A program made the translations under genes and the position numbers. Of a stretch of 64,000 nt of DNA, positions 35,494-50,500 are shown in pieces. The first letter of the stretch is position 1. Each line of letters begins with the position of its first letter. The DNA is from Eledone cirrhosa. Its lineage: Eukaryota. The notes under the pieces were generated by a model that saw only the letters and a list, made by a program, of their open reading frames with translations, searched no databases and had not been told where the DNA came from. The stretch lies in the NCBI GenBank assembly GCA_964016885.1, contig OZ024760.1, positions 35,154,001-35,218,000 of the forward strand, in the 5' to 3' direction.

Positions 35494-38400
35494 AGGGTGC
35501 CATTACCTATGTTGGAAGGGTGCCGTTACCTATTTTGGGAGAGTGCCATTACCAATGTTAGGAGGTTGCCGTTACATATGTCAGGAGCGTCCATTTACCT
35601 ATGTTGGGAGGGTGCCGTTACCTATGTTGGGAGAGTGCCGTTACCTATGTTGGGAGGGTGCCGTTACCTATGTTAGGAGGGTTCCTTTACCTAAGTTGGA
35701 AGGGTGCCATTACCTATGTTGGAAGGGTGCCGTTACCTATGTTGGGAGATTGCCGTTGCCTATGTTGGGAGAGTGTCATTACCTATGTTGGGTGAGTGCC
35801 GTTACCTATGTTAGGAGTGTGCCGTTACCTATGTTGGGAGAGTGCCATTACCTGTCTTAGAAGGGTTTATTTACCTATGTTAGGAGGGTGTCGTTAACTA
35901 TGTTGGGAGAGTGCCATTATCTATGTTAGGAGGGTATCGTTAACTATGTTGGGAGGGTGCCGTTACCTATGTTGCGAGGTTACTGTTACCTATGTTGGGA
36001 GGGTGCCTTTACCTATGTTGGGAGAGTGCCATTACCTATGTTGTAACGGTGCCGTTACCTATGTTGAGAGGGTGCCGTTACCTATGTTCGGAGAGTGCTG
36101 TTACCTATGTTGGGAGAGTGCCATTACCTATGTTGGGAAGGTGACGTTACCTATGTTGGGAGAGTGCCATTACCTATGTTAGGAAGGTGCCGGTACCTAT
36201 GTTGGGAGAGTGTCATTACCTATGTTAGGAGGGTGTCGTTACCTATGTTAGAAATGTGCCATTACCTATGTTAGGAGGTTGTAGTTACCTTTGTTGGGAG
36301 AGTGCCATTACCTATGTTAGGAGGTGCCGTTACCTATGTTAGGAGGGTGCCTTTACCTATGTTGGAAGGGTGCCATTATCTAGGATAGGAGGGTGCCATT
36401 ACCTATGTTGGGAGAGTGCCATTACCTATATTAGGAGGATGCCGTACGTTTGTTGGGAGGGTGCCGTTAACTATGTGGGGAGAGTGACGTTATCTATGTG
36501 GGGATGGTGCCGTTACCTATGTTGGGAGAGTGACATTACCTATGTTAGGAGGGTGCCGTTACCTATGTTGGGAGAGTGCCGTTACCTATGTTGGGAGGGT
36601 GCCTTTACCTATGTTGGAACAGTGCCATTACCTATGTTGGATTGGTGCCATTACCTATGTTAGGAGGGGGACATTGCCTATGTTGGGAGGGTGCCGTTAC
36701 CTGTGTGGGGAGAGTGCTGTTACCTATGTTAGGAGGGTGCCATTACCTATGTTGGAAGGGTGCCATTACCTATGTTTGGAGGGTGCCATTACCTATGTTG
36801 GGAGAGTGCCATTACCTATGTTAGGAGGGTGCCATTACCTATGTTGGAAGGGTGCCCTTACCTATGTTAGGAGGGTGCAATTACATATTTTGGAACGGTG
36901 CCGTTACCCATGGTAGGAGAGTGCCGCTACCTATGTTACGAGGGTGCCGTTACCGCTGTTGGGAGAGTGCAGTTACCTATTTTGGGAGGGTGCCGTTACC
37001 TATGTTAGGAGGGTGCCATTACGTATGTTGGAAGGGTGCCATTACCTATGTTAGGAGGTTGCCATTACCTATGTTGGGAGAGTGCCATTACCTATGTTAG
37101 GAGGGTGCCCTTACCTATGTTGCGAGGGTGCCATTACCTATGTTGGGGGAGTGCCGTTACCTATGTTAGGAGGGTGTCGTTACCTATGTTGGGACAGTGC
37201 CATTACTTATGTTAGGAGTGTGCCGTTACCTATGTTAGGAGGGTGTCATTACCTATGTTGGGAGGGTGCCGTTACCTATGTTGGGAGAATGACATTACCT
37301 ATGTTGGGAGGGTGCCGTCACCTATGTTAGGAGGGTGCCGTTATCTATGCTGGGAGGGTGCCGCAACCTATGTTGGGAGAGTGCCATTACCTATGTTAGG
37401 AGGGTGCCATTACGTATGTTGGGAGAGTGCCATTACCTATGTTAGGAGGTTGCCGTTACCTATGTTGGGAGGGTGCCGTTACCTATGTTGGGAGAGTTCC
37501 GTTACCTATGTTAAAAGGGTGTCATTACCTATGTTGGGAGTGTGCCATTACCTATGTTAAATGGGTGCCGTTACCTATGTTAGGAGCGTGCCTTTACCTA
37601 TGTTGGGAGGGTGCCGTTACCTATGTTGAGAGAGTACCATTACCTATGTTGGGAGGGTGCCGTTACCTATGTTGGGAGAGTGCCATTACCTATGTTGGGA
37701 GAGTGCCATTACCTATGTTGGGAGGGTGCCGTCACCTATGTTAGGAGGGTGCCGTTACATATGTTAGGAGGGTTCCTTTACCTATGTTGGAAGGGTGCCG
37801 TTACCTATGTTGGGAGGGTGCCGTTAACTATGTTGGGAGAGTGCCGTTACCCATGTTGGGAGGGTGCCGTTACCTGTGTTGGGAGAGTGCTATTACCTAT
37901 GTTAGGAGGGTGCCGGTACCTATGTCGGGAGAGTGCCATTACCTATGTTAGAAGGGTGCATTTATCTATGTTAGGAGGGTGCCGTTACCTATGTTGGGAG
38001 AGTGCCATTACCTATGTTAGGAGGGTATCATTACCTATGTTAGGAGGGTGCCGACCTATGTTGGGGAGGTACCGTTACCTATGTTGGGAGGGTGTCTCTA
38101 CCTATGTTGGGAGAGTGTCATTACCTATGTTAGGAGGGTGCCGTTACCAATGTTGGGAGGGTGTTTTACCTATGTTGGGAGAGTGCCATTACCTATGTTA
38201 GGAGGGTGCCGTTACCTATGTTAGGTGGGTGCCATTACCTATGTTGGAAGGGTGCCATTAATTATGTTAGTAGGGTGCCATTACCTATGTTGGGAGAGTG
38301 CCATTACCTATGTTGGAAGGGTGCCATTACTTATCTTAGAAGGGTGCATTTACCTATGTTAGGAGGGTGCCGTTACCTATGTTGGGAGAGTGCCATTACC

Positions 38401-41400
38401 TATCTTAGTAGGGTGCCATTACCTATGTTGGGAGAGTGCCATTACCTATGTTAGGAGGGTGCCGTTACCTATGTTGGGAGGCTGCCATTACCTATGTTGG
38501 GGGAGTGCCGTTACCTATGTAGGAGGGTTCCGTTACCTATGTTGCGAGGGTGCCGTTACCTATATTGGAATAGTGCCGTTACCTATTTTGGGAGGCTGCC
38601 GTTACCTATGTTAGGAGGGTGCCGTTACCTATGTTGGGAGAGTGCCGTCACCTATGTTGGAAGGGTGCCGTTACCCATGTTGGGAGAGTGCCATTACCTG
38701 TCTTAGAAGGGTGCATTTACCTATGTTAGGAGGGTGTCGTTACCTATGTTGGGAGGATGCCATTACTTATGTTGTGAGAGTGCCATTTTTTATATTAGTA
38801 GGATGCCGTTACCCATGTTGGGAGTGTGCCATTAACTATGTTGGGAGAGTGCCGTTACCTATGTTGGGAGAGTGCTATTACCTATGTTAGGAGGGTGCCG
38901 TTACCTATGTTGGGAGAGTGCCATTACCTGTCTTAGAAGGGTGCATTTACCTATGTTAGGAGGGTGTCGTAACCTATGTTGGGAGAGTGCCATTACCTAT
39001 GTTAGGAGGGCATCGTTACCTATGTTAGGAGGGTGCCGTTACCTATGTTGCGAGGGTAACGTTACCTATGTTGGGAGGGTGCCTTTACCTATGTTGGGAG
39101 AGTGCCATTACCTATTTAGGAGGGTGCCATTGCCTATGTTAGAAGGGTGCCGTTACCTATAATGGGAGGGTGCCGTTACCTGTGTGGTGAGAGTGCTGTT
39201 ACCTATGTTGGGACACTGCCGTTACCTATTTTGGGAGGGTGCCGTTACCTATGTTGGGAGAGTGCCATTACCTATGTTAGGAGGTTGCCGTTCCATATGT
39301 TAGGAGGGTTCCTTTACCTATGTTGGGAGGGTGCCGTTACCTACGTTAGGAGGGTTCCGTTACCTATGTTGGGAGAGTGCCGTCACCTATGTTGGGAGGG
39401 TGGCGTTACCTATGTTGGGAGAGTGCCGTTACCTATGTTGGGAGAGTGCCTTTACCTAAGTTGGGAGGGTGCCGTTACCTATGTTGGGAGAGTGCCATCA
39501 CCTATATTAGGAGGGTGCCGTTACCTATGTTAGGAGGGTGCCGTTTCCTATGTTGGGAGAGTGCCATTACCTATGTTAGAAGGGTGCATTTACCTATGTT
39601 AGGAGGGTGCCGTTACCTATTTTGGGAGAGTGCCATTACCTATGTTGGTTTGGTGCCATTACCTATGTTAGGAGGGGGCCATTGTCTATGCTGGAAGGGT
39701 GCCGTTACCTATGTTGGGAGGGTGCCGTTACCTGTGTGGGGAGAGTGCTGTTACCTATGTTAAGAGGGTGCCATTACCTATGTTGGAAGGGTGCCATTAC
39801 CTACGTTAGGAGGGTGCCGTTACCTATGTTGCGAGTGTGCCATTACCTATGTTGGGGGAGTGCCGTTACCTATGTTAGTAGTGTGTCCTTACCTATGTTG
39901 GGACAGTGCCATTACCTATGTTAGGAGTGTGCCGTTACCTATGTTAAGAGGGTGTCATTACCTATGTTAGGAGGGTGCCGTTACCTATGTTGCGAGGGTG
40001 CCATTACCTATGTTGGGAGAGTGCCATTACCTATGTTGGGAGAGTGCCGTTACCTATGTTGGGAGAGTGCCATTACCTCTGGTAGGAGGGTGGCGTTACA
40101 TATGTTAGGAGGGTGTCATTACCTATGTTGGTAGGGTGCCATTACCTATGTTGAGAGAGTACCATTACCTATGTTTGGAGGGGCCGTTACCTATGTTGGG
40201 AGAGTGCCATTACCTATGTTAAATGGGTACCGTTACCTATGTTAGGAGGGTGCCTTTACCTATGTTGGGACGGTGCCGTTACCAATGTTGAGAGAGTGCC
40301 ATTACCTATGTTGGGAGGGTACCGTTACCTATGTTGGGAGAGTGCTATTACCTATGTTGGAAGGGTGCCATTACCTACGTTTGGAGGGTGCCATTACCTA
40401 TGTTGGGAGAGTGCCATTACCTATGTTAGGGGGGTGCCATTACCTATGTTGGAAGGGTGCCCTTACCTATGTTAGGAGGGTGCAATTGCATATGTTGGAA
40501 GGGTGCCGTTACCTATGGTAGGAGGGTGCCGTTACCTATGTTGCGAGGGTGCCGTTACCGCTGTTGGGAGAGTGCAGTTACCTATTTTGGGAGGGTGCCG
40601 TTACCTATGTTAGGAGGGTGCCATTACCTATGTTGGAAGGGTGCCATTACCTATGTTAGGAGGTTGCCATTACCTATGTTGGGAGAGTGCCATTACCTAT
40701 GTTAGGAGGGTGCCGTTACCTATGTTGCGAGGGTGCCATTACCTATGTTGGGGGAGTGCAGTTACCTATGTTAGGAGTGTGCCGTTACCTATGTTAGGAG
40801 GGTGTCATTACCTATGTTGGGAGGGTGCCGTTACCTATGTTGGGAGAATGACATAACCTATGTTGGGAGGGTGCCGTCACCTATGTTAGGAGGGTGCCGT
40901 TACCTATGCTGGGAGGGTGCCGTTACCTATGTTGGGAGAGTGCCGTTACCTATGTTGCAGGGTGCCGTTACCTATGTTGGGAGAGTGCCATTTCCTATGT
41001 TGGGAGAGTGCCGTTACCTATGTTGGGAGAGTGCCATTACCTCTGGTAGGAGGGTGCCGTTACATATGTTAGGAGGGTTCCATTCCCTATGTTGGTAGGG
41101 TGCCATTACCTATGTTAGGAGGGTGCCATTACGTATGTTAGGAAGTTGACGTTACCTATGTTGGGAGGGTGCCATTAACTATGTTGGGAGAGTTCCGTTA
41201 CCTATGTTAGGAGGGTGTCGTTACCTATGTTGGGAGAGTGCCATTACCTATGTTAAATGGGTACCGTTACCTATGTTAGGAGGGTGCCTTTACCTATGTT
41301 GGGAGGGTGACGTTACCTATGTTGAGAGAGTACCATTACCTCTGTTGGGAGGGTGCCGTTACCTATGTTGGGAGAGTGCCATTAACTATGTTGGGTGAGT

Positions 41401-44400
41401 GCCATTACCTATGTTGGGAGTGTGCCATTACTTATATTGGGAGAGTGCCATTACCTATGTTGGGAGGGTGCAGTCTCTTATGTTGGGAGAGTGCCATTAC
41501 CTATGTTGGGAGGGTGCTGTTAACTATGTTGGGAGAGTGTGGTTACCTATGTTGGGAGGGTGCCGTTACCTGTGTTGGGAGAGTGCTATTACCTATGTTA
41601 GGAGGGTGCCGTTACCTATGTTGGGAGATTGCCATTACCTATGTTAGGAGGGTGCCGTTACCTATGTTGGGAGGGTGCCATTACCTATGTTGGGGGAGTG
41701 CCGTTACCTATGTTAGGAGGGTGCCGTTACCTATGCTGCGAGGGTGCCGTTACCTATGTTGGGAGAGTGCCGTTACCTATTTTGGGAGGCTGCCTAAGTT
41801 GGAAGGGTGCCATTACCTATGTTGGAAGGGTGACGTTACCTATGTTGGGAGATTGCCGTTGCCTATGTTGGGAGAGTGCCATTACCTATGATGGAAGGGT
41901 GCTGTTACCTATGTTGGGAGATTGCCATTCCCTATGTTGTGAGGGTGCCATTACCTATGTTAGGAGGGTGTCGTTACCTATGTTAGGAGGGTGCCATTAC
42001 CTATGTTGGAAATGTGCCATTACCTATGTTAGGAGGGTGCCACTACCTATGTTGGGAGAGTGCCATTACCTATGTTTGGAGGTGCCGTTGCCTATGTTGG
42101 GAGAGTGCCATTACCTAAGTTGGGAGGGTGCCATTACCTATGTTGGGGGAGTGCCGTTACCTATGTTAGGAGGGTGCCGTTACCTATGTTGGGAGAGTGC
42201 CATTACCTATGTTAGGAGGATGCCGTTACCTATGTTGGGAGGGTGCCATTACCTATGTTGGGAAAGTGCCGTTACCTATGTTGGGAGGGTTCCGTTACCT
42301 ATGTTGGAAGGGTGCCGTTACCTACGTTAGGTGGGTGCCATTACTTATGTTGGGAGAGTGCCATTATTTATATTAGGAGGATGCCGTTACCTATGTTGGG
42401 AGGGTGCCATTAACTATGTTGGGAGAGTGCCGTTACCAATGTTGGGAGGGTACCGTTACCTGTGTTGGGAGAGTTCTATTACCTATGTTAGGAGGGTGCC
42501 GTTAATATGTTAGGAGGGTGCCGTTACCTGTGTTGCGAGGTTACTGTTACCTATGTTGGGAGAGTGCCATTATTTATATTAGGAGGATGCCGTTACCTAT
42601 GTTGGGAGTGTGCCATTACCTATGTTGGGAGAGTGCCATTACCTGTCTTAGAAGGGTGCATTTACCTATGTTAGGAGGGTGTCGTTACCTATGTTGGGAG
42701 AGTGCCATTACCTACGTTAGGAGGGTATCGTTACCTATGTTAGGAGGGTGTCGTTATCTATGTTGCGAGGGTACTCTTACCTATGTTGGGAGGGTGCTTT
42801 TACCTATGTTGGGAGAGTGCCATTACCTATGTTATGAGCGTGCCGTTACCTATACTAGGAGGGTGCCATTACCTATGTTGGAAGGGTGCCGTTACCTATG
42901 TTTGGAGAGTGCCATTACCTATGTTAGGAGGGTGCCGTTACCTATGTTGGGAGAGTGCCATTACTTATGTTAGAAGGGTGCATTTACCTATGTTAGGAGG
43001 GTGCCTTTACCTATGTTGGAAGGGTTCCGTTACCTATGTCAGGAGGGTGCCATTACCTATCTTAGGAGGGTTCCTTTACCTAAGTTGGAAGGGTGCCATT
43101 ACCTATGTTGGAAGGGTGCCGTTACTTATTTTGGGAGAGTGCCATTACCAATGTTAGGAGGTTGCCGTTACATATGTCAGGAGCGTCCATTTACCTATGT
43201 TGGGAGGGTGCCGTTACCTATGTTGGGAGAGTGCCGTTACCTATGTTGGGTGGGTGCCGTTACCTATGTTAGGAGGGTTCCTTTACCTAAGTTGGAAGGG
43301 TGCCATTACCTATGTTGGAAGGGTGCCGTTACCTATGTTGGGAGATTGCCGTTGCCTATGTTGGGAGAGTGTCATTACCTATGTTGGGTGAGTGCCGTTA
43401 CCTATGTTAGGAGTGTGCCGTTACCTATGTTGGGAGAGTGCCATTACCCGTCTTAGAAGGGTTTATTTACCTATGTTAGGAGGGTGTCGTTACCTATGTT
43501 GGGAGAGTGCCATTATCTATGTTAGGAGGGTATCGTTAACTATGTTGGGAGGGTGCCGTTACCTATGTTGCGAGGTTACTGTTACCTATGTTGGGAGGGT
43601 GCCTTTACCTATGTTGGGAGAGTGCCATTACCTATGTTGTAACGGTGCCGTTACCTATGTTGAGAGGGTGCCGTTACCTATGTTCGGAGAGTGCCGTTAC
43701 CTATGTTGGGAGAGTGCCATTACCTATGTTGGGAAGGTGACGTTACCTATGTTGGGAGAGTGCCATTACCTATGTTAGGAAGGTGCCGGTACCTATGTTG
43801 GGAGAGTGTCATTACCTATGTTAGGAGGGTGTCGTTACCTATGTTAGAAATGTGCCATTACCTATGTTAGGAGGTTGTAGTTACCTTTGTTGGGAGAGTG
43901 CCATTACCTATGTTAGGAGGTGCCGTTACCTATGTTAGGAGGGTGCCTTTACCTATGTTGGAAGGGTGCCATTACCTAGGATAGGAGGGTGCCATTACCT
44001 ATGTTGGGAGAGTGCCATTACCTATATTAGGAGGATGCCGTACGTTTGTTGGGAGGGTGCCGTTAACTATGTGGGGAGAGTGACGTTATCTATGTGGGGA
44101 TGGTGCCGTTACCTATGTTGGGAGAGTGACATTACCTATGTTAGGAGGGTGCCGTTACCTATGTTGGGAGAGTGCCGTTACCTATGTTGGGAGGGTGCCT
44201 TTACCTATGTTGGAACAGTGCCATTAACTATGTTGGATTGGTGCCATTACCTATGTTAGGAGGGGGACATTGCCTATGTTGGGAGGGTGCCGTTACCTGT
44301 GTGGGGAGAGTGCTGTTACCTATGTTAGGAGGGTGCCATTACCTATGTTGGAAGGGTGCCATTACCTATGTTTGGAGGGTGACATTACCTATGTTGGGAG

Positions 44401-46549
44401 AGTGCCATTACCTATGTTAGGAGGGTGCCATTACCTATGTTGGAAGGGTGCCCTTACCTATGTTAGGAGGGTGCAATTACATATTTTGGAACGGTGCCGT
44501 TACCCATGGTAGGTGAGTGCCGTTACCTATGTTACGAGGGTGCCGTTACCGCTGTTGGGAGAGTGCAGTTACCTATTTTGGGAGGGTGCCATTACCTATG
44601 TTGGGGGAGTGCCGTTACCTATGTTAGGAGGGTGTCGTTACCTATGTTGGGACAGTGCCATTACTTATGTTAGGAGTGTGCCGTTACCTATGTTAGGAGG
44701 GTGTCATTACCTATGTTGGGAGGGTGCCGTTACCTATGTTGGGAGAATGACATTACCTATGTTGGGAGGGTGCCGTCACCTATGTTAGGAGGGTGCCGTT
44801 ATCTATGCTGGGAGGGTGCCGCAACCTATGTTGGGAGAGTGCCATTACCTATGTTAGGAGGGTGCCATTACGTATGTTGGGAGAGTGCCATTACCTATGT
44901 TAGGAGGTTGCCGTTACCTATGTTGGGAGGGTGCCGTTACCTATGTTGGGAGAGTTCCGTTACCTATGTTAAAAGGGTGTCATTACCTATGTTGGGAGTG
45001 TGCCATTACCTATGTTAAATGGGTGCCGTTACCTATGTTAGGAGCGTGCCTTTACCTATGTTGGGAGGGTGCCGTTACCTATGTTGAGAGAGTACCATTA
45101 CCTATGTTGGGAGGGTGCCGTTACCTATGTTGGGAGAGTGCCATTACCTATGTTGGGAGAGTGCCATTACCTATGTTGGGAGGGTGCCGTCACCTATGTT
45201 AGGAGGGTGCCGTTACATATGTTAGGAGGGTTCCTTTACCTATGTTGGAAGGGTGCCGTTACCTATGTTGGGAGGGTGCCGTTAACTATGTTGGGAGAGT
45301 GCCGTTACCCATGTTGGGAGGGTGCCGTTACCTGTGTTGGGAGAGTGCTATTACCTATGTTAGGAGGGTGTCGTTACCTATGTTGGGACAGTGCCATTAC
45401 TTATGTTAGGAGTGTGCCGTTACCTATGTTAGGAGGGTGTCATTACCTATGTTGGGAGGGTGCCGTTACCTATGTTGGGAGAATGACATTACCTATGTTG
45501 GGAGGGTGCCGTCACCTATGTTAGGAGGGTGCCGTTATCTATGCTGGGAGGGTGCCGCTACCTATGTTGGGAGAGTGCCATTACCTATGTTAGGAGGGTG
45601 CCATTACGTATGTTGGGAGAGTGCCATTACCTATGTTAGGAGGTTGCCGTTACCTATGTTGGGAGGGTGCCGTTACCTATGTTGGGAGAGTTCCGTTACC
45701 TATGTTAAAAGGGTGTCATTACCTATGTTGGGAGTGTGCCATTACCTATGTTAAATGGGTGCCGTTACCTATGTTAGGAGCGTGCCTTTACCTATGTTGG
45801 GAGGGTGCCGTTACCTATGTTGAGAGAGTACCATTACCTATGTTGGGAGGGTGCCGTTACCTATGTTGGGAGAGTGCCATTACCTATGTTGGGAGAGTGC
45901 CATTACCTATGTTGGGAGGGTGCCGTCACCTATGTTAGGAGGGTGCTGTTACATATGTTAGGAGGGTTCCTTTACCTATGTTGGAAGGGTGGCGTTACCT
46001 ATGTTGGGAGGGTGCCGTTAACTATGTTGGGAGAGTGCCGTTACCCATGTTGGGAGGGTGCCGTTACCTGTGTTGGGAGAGTGCTATTACCTATGTTGGA
46101 GGGTGCCGTTACCTATGTTGGGAGAGTGCCATTACCTATGTTAGAAGGGTGCATTTATCTATGTTAGGAGGGTGCCGTTACCTATGTTGGGAGAGTGCCA
46201 TTACCTATGTTAGGAGGGTATCATTACCTATGTTAGGAGGGTGCCGACCTATGTTGGGAGGGTGTCTCTACCTATGTTGGGAGAGTGTCATTACCTATGT
46301 TAGGAGGGTGCCGTTACCAATGTTGGGAGGGTGTTTTACCTATGTTGGGAGAGTGCCGTTACCTATGTTGGGAGAGTGCCATTACCTATGTTGGAAGGGT
46401 GCCATTACTTATCTTAGAAGGGTGCATTTACCTATGTTAGGAGGGTGCCGTTACCTATGTTGGGAGAGTGCCATTACCTATCTTAGTAGGGTGCCATTAC
46501 CTATGTTGGGAGAGTGCCATTACCTATGTTAGGAGGGTGCCGTTACCTA
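35494..46549 (+). repeat. ~11-kb segmental duplication, copy 1 (offset 12,029 bp to copy 2)
   Basis: ORF pairs 35601/47630, 36370/48399, 37611/49640, 41629/53658, 42783/54812 and 45978/58007 are all offset by exactly 12029 with identical translations. Confidence 0.93.
44615..46086 (+). repeat. 736-bp (32-monomer) tandem duplication, copied again at ~56644-58115
   Basis: Identical ORFs 44701/45437 and 44885/45621 at offset 736 = 32 x 23. The same pattern appears at 56730/57466. Confidence 0.9.
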
Positions 46550-47522
46550 AGTTGGGAGGGTGCCATTACCTATGTTGGGGGAGTGCCGTTACCTATGTTA
46601 GGAGGGTGCCGTTACCTATGTTGGGAGAGTACCATTACCTATGTTAGGAGGATGCCGTTACCTATGTTGGGAGGGTGCCATTACCTATGTTGGGAAAGTG
46701 CCGTTACCTATGTTGGGAGGGTTCCGTTACCTATGTTGGAAGGGTGCCGTTACCTACGTTAGGTGGGTGCCATTACTTATGTTGGGAGAGTGCCATTATT
46801 TATATTAGGAGGATGCCGTTACCTATGTTGGGAGGGTGCCATTAACTATGTTGGGAGAGTGCCGTTACCAATGTTGGGAGGGTACCGTTACCTGTGTTGG
46901 GAGAGTTCTATTACCTATGTTAGGAGGGTGCCGTTACCTATGTTAGGAGGGTGCCGTTACCTATGTTGCGAGGGTACTGTTACCTATGTTGGGAGAGTGC
47001 CATTATTTATATTAGGAGGATGCCGTTACCTATGTTGGGAGTGTGCCATTACCTATGTTGGGAGAGTGCCATTACCTGTCTTAGAAGGGTGCATTTACCT
47101 ATGTTAGGAGGGTGTCGTTACCTATGTTGGGAGAGTGCCATTACCTACGTTAGGAGGGTATCGTTACCTATGTTAGGAGGGTGTCGTTATCTATGTTGCG
47201 AGGGTACTCTTACCTATGTTGGGAGGGTGCTTTTACCTATGTTGGGAGAGTGCAATTACCTATGTTATGAGCGTGCCGTTACCTATACTAGGAGGGTGCC
47301 ATTACCTATGTTGGAAGGGTGCCGTTACCTATGTTTGGAGAGTGCCATTACCTATGTTAGGAGGGTGCCGTTACCTATGTTGGGAGAGTGCCATTACTTA
47401 TGTTAGAAGGGTGCATTTACCTATGTTAGGAGGGTGCCTTTACCTATGTTGGAAGGGTTCCGTTACCTATGTCAGGAGGGTGCCGTTACCTATCTTAGGA
47501 GGGTTCCTTTACCTAAGTTGGA

Positions 47523-50500
47523 AGGGTGCCATTACCTATGTTGGAAGGGTGCCGTTACCTATTTTGGGAGAGTGCCATTACCAATGTTAGGAGGTTGCCG
47601 TTACATATGTCAGGAGCGTCCATTTACCTATGTTGGGAGGGTGCCGTTACCTATGTTGGGAGAGTGCCGTTACCTATGTTGGGAGGGTGCCGTTACCTAT
47701 GTTAGGAGGGTTCCTTTACCTAAGTTGGAAGGGTGCCATTACCTATGTTGGAAGGGTGCCGTTACCTATGTTGGGAGATTGCCGTTGCCTATGTTGGGAG
47801 AGTGTCATTACCTATGTTGGGTGAGTGCCGTTACCTATGTTAGGAGTGTGCCGTTACCTATGTTGGGAGAGTGCCATTACCTGTCTTAGAAGGGTTTATT
47901 TACCTATGTTAGGAGGGTGTCGTTAACTATGTTGGGAGAGTGCCATTATCTATGTTAGGAGGGTATCGTTAACTATGTTGGGAGGGTGCCGTTACCTATG
48001 TTGCGAGGTTACTGTTACCTATGTTGGGAGGGTGCCTTTACCTATGTTGGGAGAGTGCCATTACCTATGTTGTAACGGTGCCGTTACCTATGTTGAGAGG
48101 GTGCCGTTACCTATGTTCGGAGAGTGCTGTTACCTATGTTGGGAGAGTGCCATTACCTATGTTGGGAAGGTGACGTTACCTATGTTGGGAGAGTGCCATT
48201 ACCTATGTTAGGAAGGTGCCGGTACCTATGTTGGGAGAGTGTCATTACCTATGTTAGGAGGGTGTCGTTACCTATGTTAGAAATGTGCCATTACCTATGT
48301 TAGGAGGTTGTAGTTACCTTTGTTGGGAGAGTGCCATTACCTATGTTAGGAGGTGCCGTTACCTATGTTAGGAGGGTGCCTTTACCTATGTTGGAAGGGT
48401 GCCATTATCTAGGATAGGAGGGTGCCATTACCTATGTTGGGAGAGTGCCATTACCTATATTAGGAGGATGCCGTACGTTTGTTGGGAGGGTGCCGTTAAC
48501 TATGTGGGGAGAGTGACGTTATCTATGTGGGGATGGTGCCGTTACCTATGTTGGGAGAGTGACATTACCTATGTTAGGAGGGTGCCGTTACCTATGTTGG
48601 GAGAGTGCCGTTACCTATGTTGGGAGGGTGCCTTTACCTATGTTGGAACAGTGCCATTACCTATGTTGGATTGGTGCCATTACCTATGTTAGGAGGGGGA
48701 CATTGCCTATGTTGGGAGGGTGCCGTTACCTGTGTGGGGAGAGTGCTGTTACCTATGTTAGGAGGGTGCCATTACCTATGTTGGAAGGGTGCCATTACCT
48801 ATGTTTGGAGGGTGCCATTACCTATGTTGGGAGAGTGCCATTACCTATGTTAGGAGGGTGCCATTACCTATGTTGGAAGGGTGCCCTTACCTATGTTAGG
48901 AGGGTGCAATTACATATTTTGGAACGGTGCCGTTACCCATGGTAGGAGAGTGCCGCTACCTATGTTACGAGGGTGCCGTTACCGCTGTTGGGAGAGTGCA
49001 GTTACCTATTTTGGGAGGGTGCCGTTACCTATGTTAGGAGGGTGCCATTACGTATGTTGGAAGGGTGCCATTACCTATGTTAGGAGGTTGCCATTACCTA
49101 TGTTGGGAGAGTGCCATTACCTATGTTAGGAGGGTGCCCTTACCTATGTTGCGAGGGTGCCATTACCTATGTTGGGGGAGTGCCGTTACCTATGTTAGGA
49201 GGGTGTCGTTACCTATGTTGGGACAGTGCCATTACTTATGTTAGGAGTGTGCCGTTACCTATGTTAGGAGGGTGTCATTACCTATGTTGGGAGGGTGCCG
49301 TTACCTATGTTGGGAGAATGACATTACCTATGTTGGGAGGGTGCCGTCACCTATGTTAGGAGGGTGCCGTTATCTATGCTGGGAGGGTGCCGCAACCTAT
49401 GTTGGGAGAGTGCCATTACCTATGTTAGGAGGGTGCCATTACGTATGTTGGGAGAGTGCCATTACCTATGTTAGGAGGTTGCCGTTACCTATGTTGGGAG
49501 GGTGCCGTTACCTATGTTGGGAGAGTTCCGTTACCTATGTTAAAAGGGTGTCATTACCTATGTTGGGAGTGTGCCATTACCTATGTTAAATGGGTGCCGT
49601 TACCTATGTTAGGAGCGTGCCTTTACCTATGTTGGGAGGGTGCCGTTACCTATGTTGAGAGAGTACCATTACCTATGTTGGGAGGGTGCCGTTACCTATG
49701 TTGGGAGAGTGCCATTACCTATGTTGGGAGAGTGCCATTACCTATGTTGGGAGGGTGCCGTCACCTATGTTAGGAGGGTGCCGTTACATATGTTAGGAGG
49801 GTTCCTTTACCTATGTTGGAAGGGTGCCGTTACCTATGTTGGGAGGGTGCCGTTAACTATGTTGGGAGAGTGCCGTTACCCATGTTGGGAGGGTGCCGTT
49901 ACCTGTGTTGGGAGAGTGCTATTACCTATGTTAGGAGGGTGCCGGTACCTATGTCGGGAGAGTGCCATTACCTATGTTAGAAGGGTGCATTTATCTATGT
50001 TAGGAGGGTGCCGTTACCTATGTTGGGAGAGTGCCATTACCTATGTTAGGAGGGTATCATTACCTATGTTAGGAGGGTGCCGACCTATGTTGGGGAGGTA
50101 CCGTTACCTATGTTGGGAGGGTGTCTCTACCTATGTTGGGAGAGTGTCATTACCTATGTTAGGAGGGTGCCGTTACCAATGTTGGGAGGGTGTTTTACCT
50201 ATGTTGGGAGAGTGCCATTACCTATGTTAGGAGGGTGCCGTTACCTATGTTAGGTGGGTGCCATTACCTATGTTGGAAGGGTGCCATTAATTATGTTAGT
50301 AGGGTGCCATTACCTATGTTGGGAGAGTGCCATTACCTATGTTGGAAGGGTGCCATTACTTATCTTAGAAGGGTGCATTTACCTATGTTAGGAGGGTGCC
50401 GTTACCTATGTTGGGAGAGTGCCATTACCTATCTTAGTAGGGTGCCATTACCTATGTTGGGAGAGTGCCATTACCTATGTTAGGAGGGTGCCGTTACCTA

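Noticed and set aside
35494-47522. 12,029 is exactly 523 x 23
   Set aside because: The interval contains several shortened monomers (e.g. TTAGGAGGTGCC, GCCGACCTATG, GGCTGCCTAAG), so the exact multiple is probably a coincidence (about 1 in 23).
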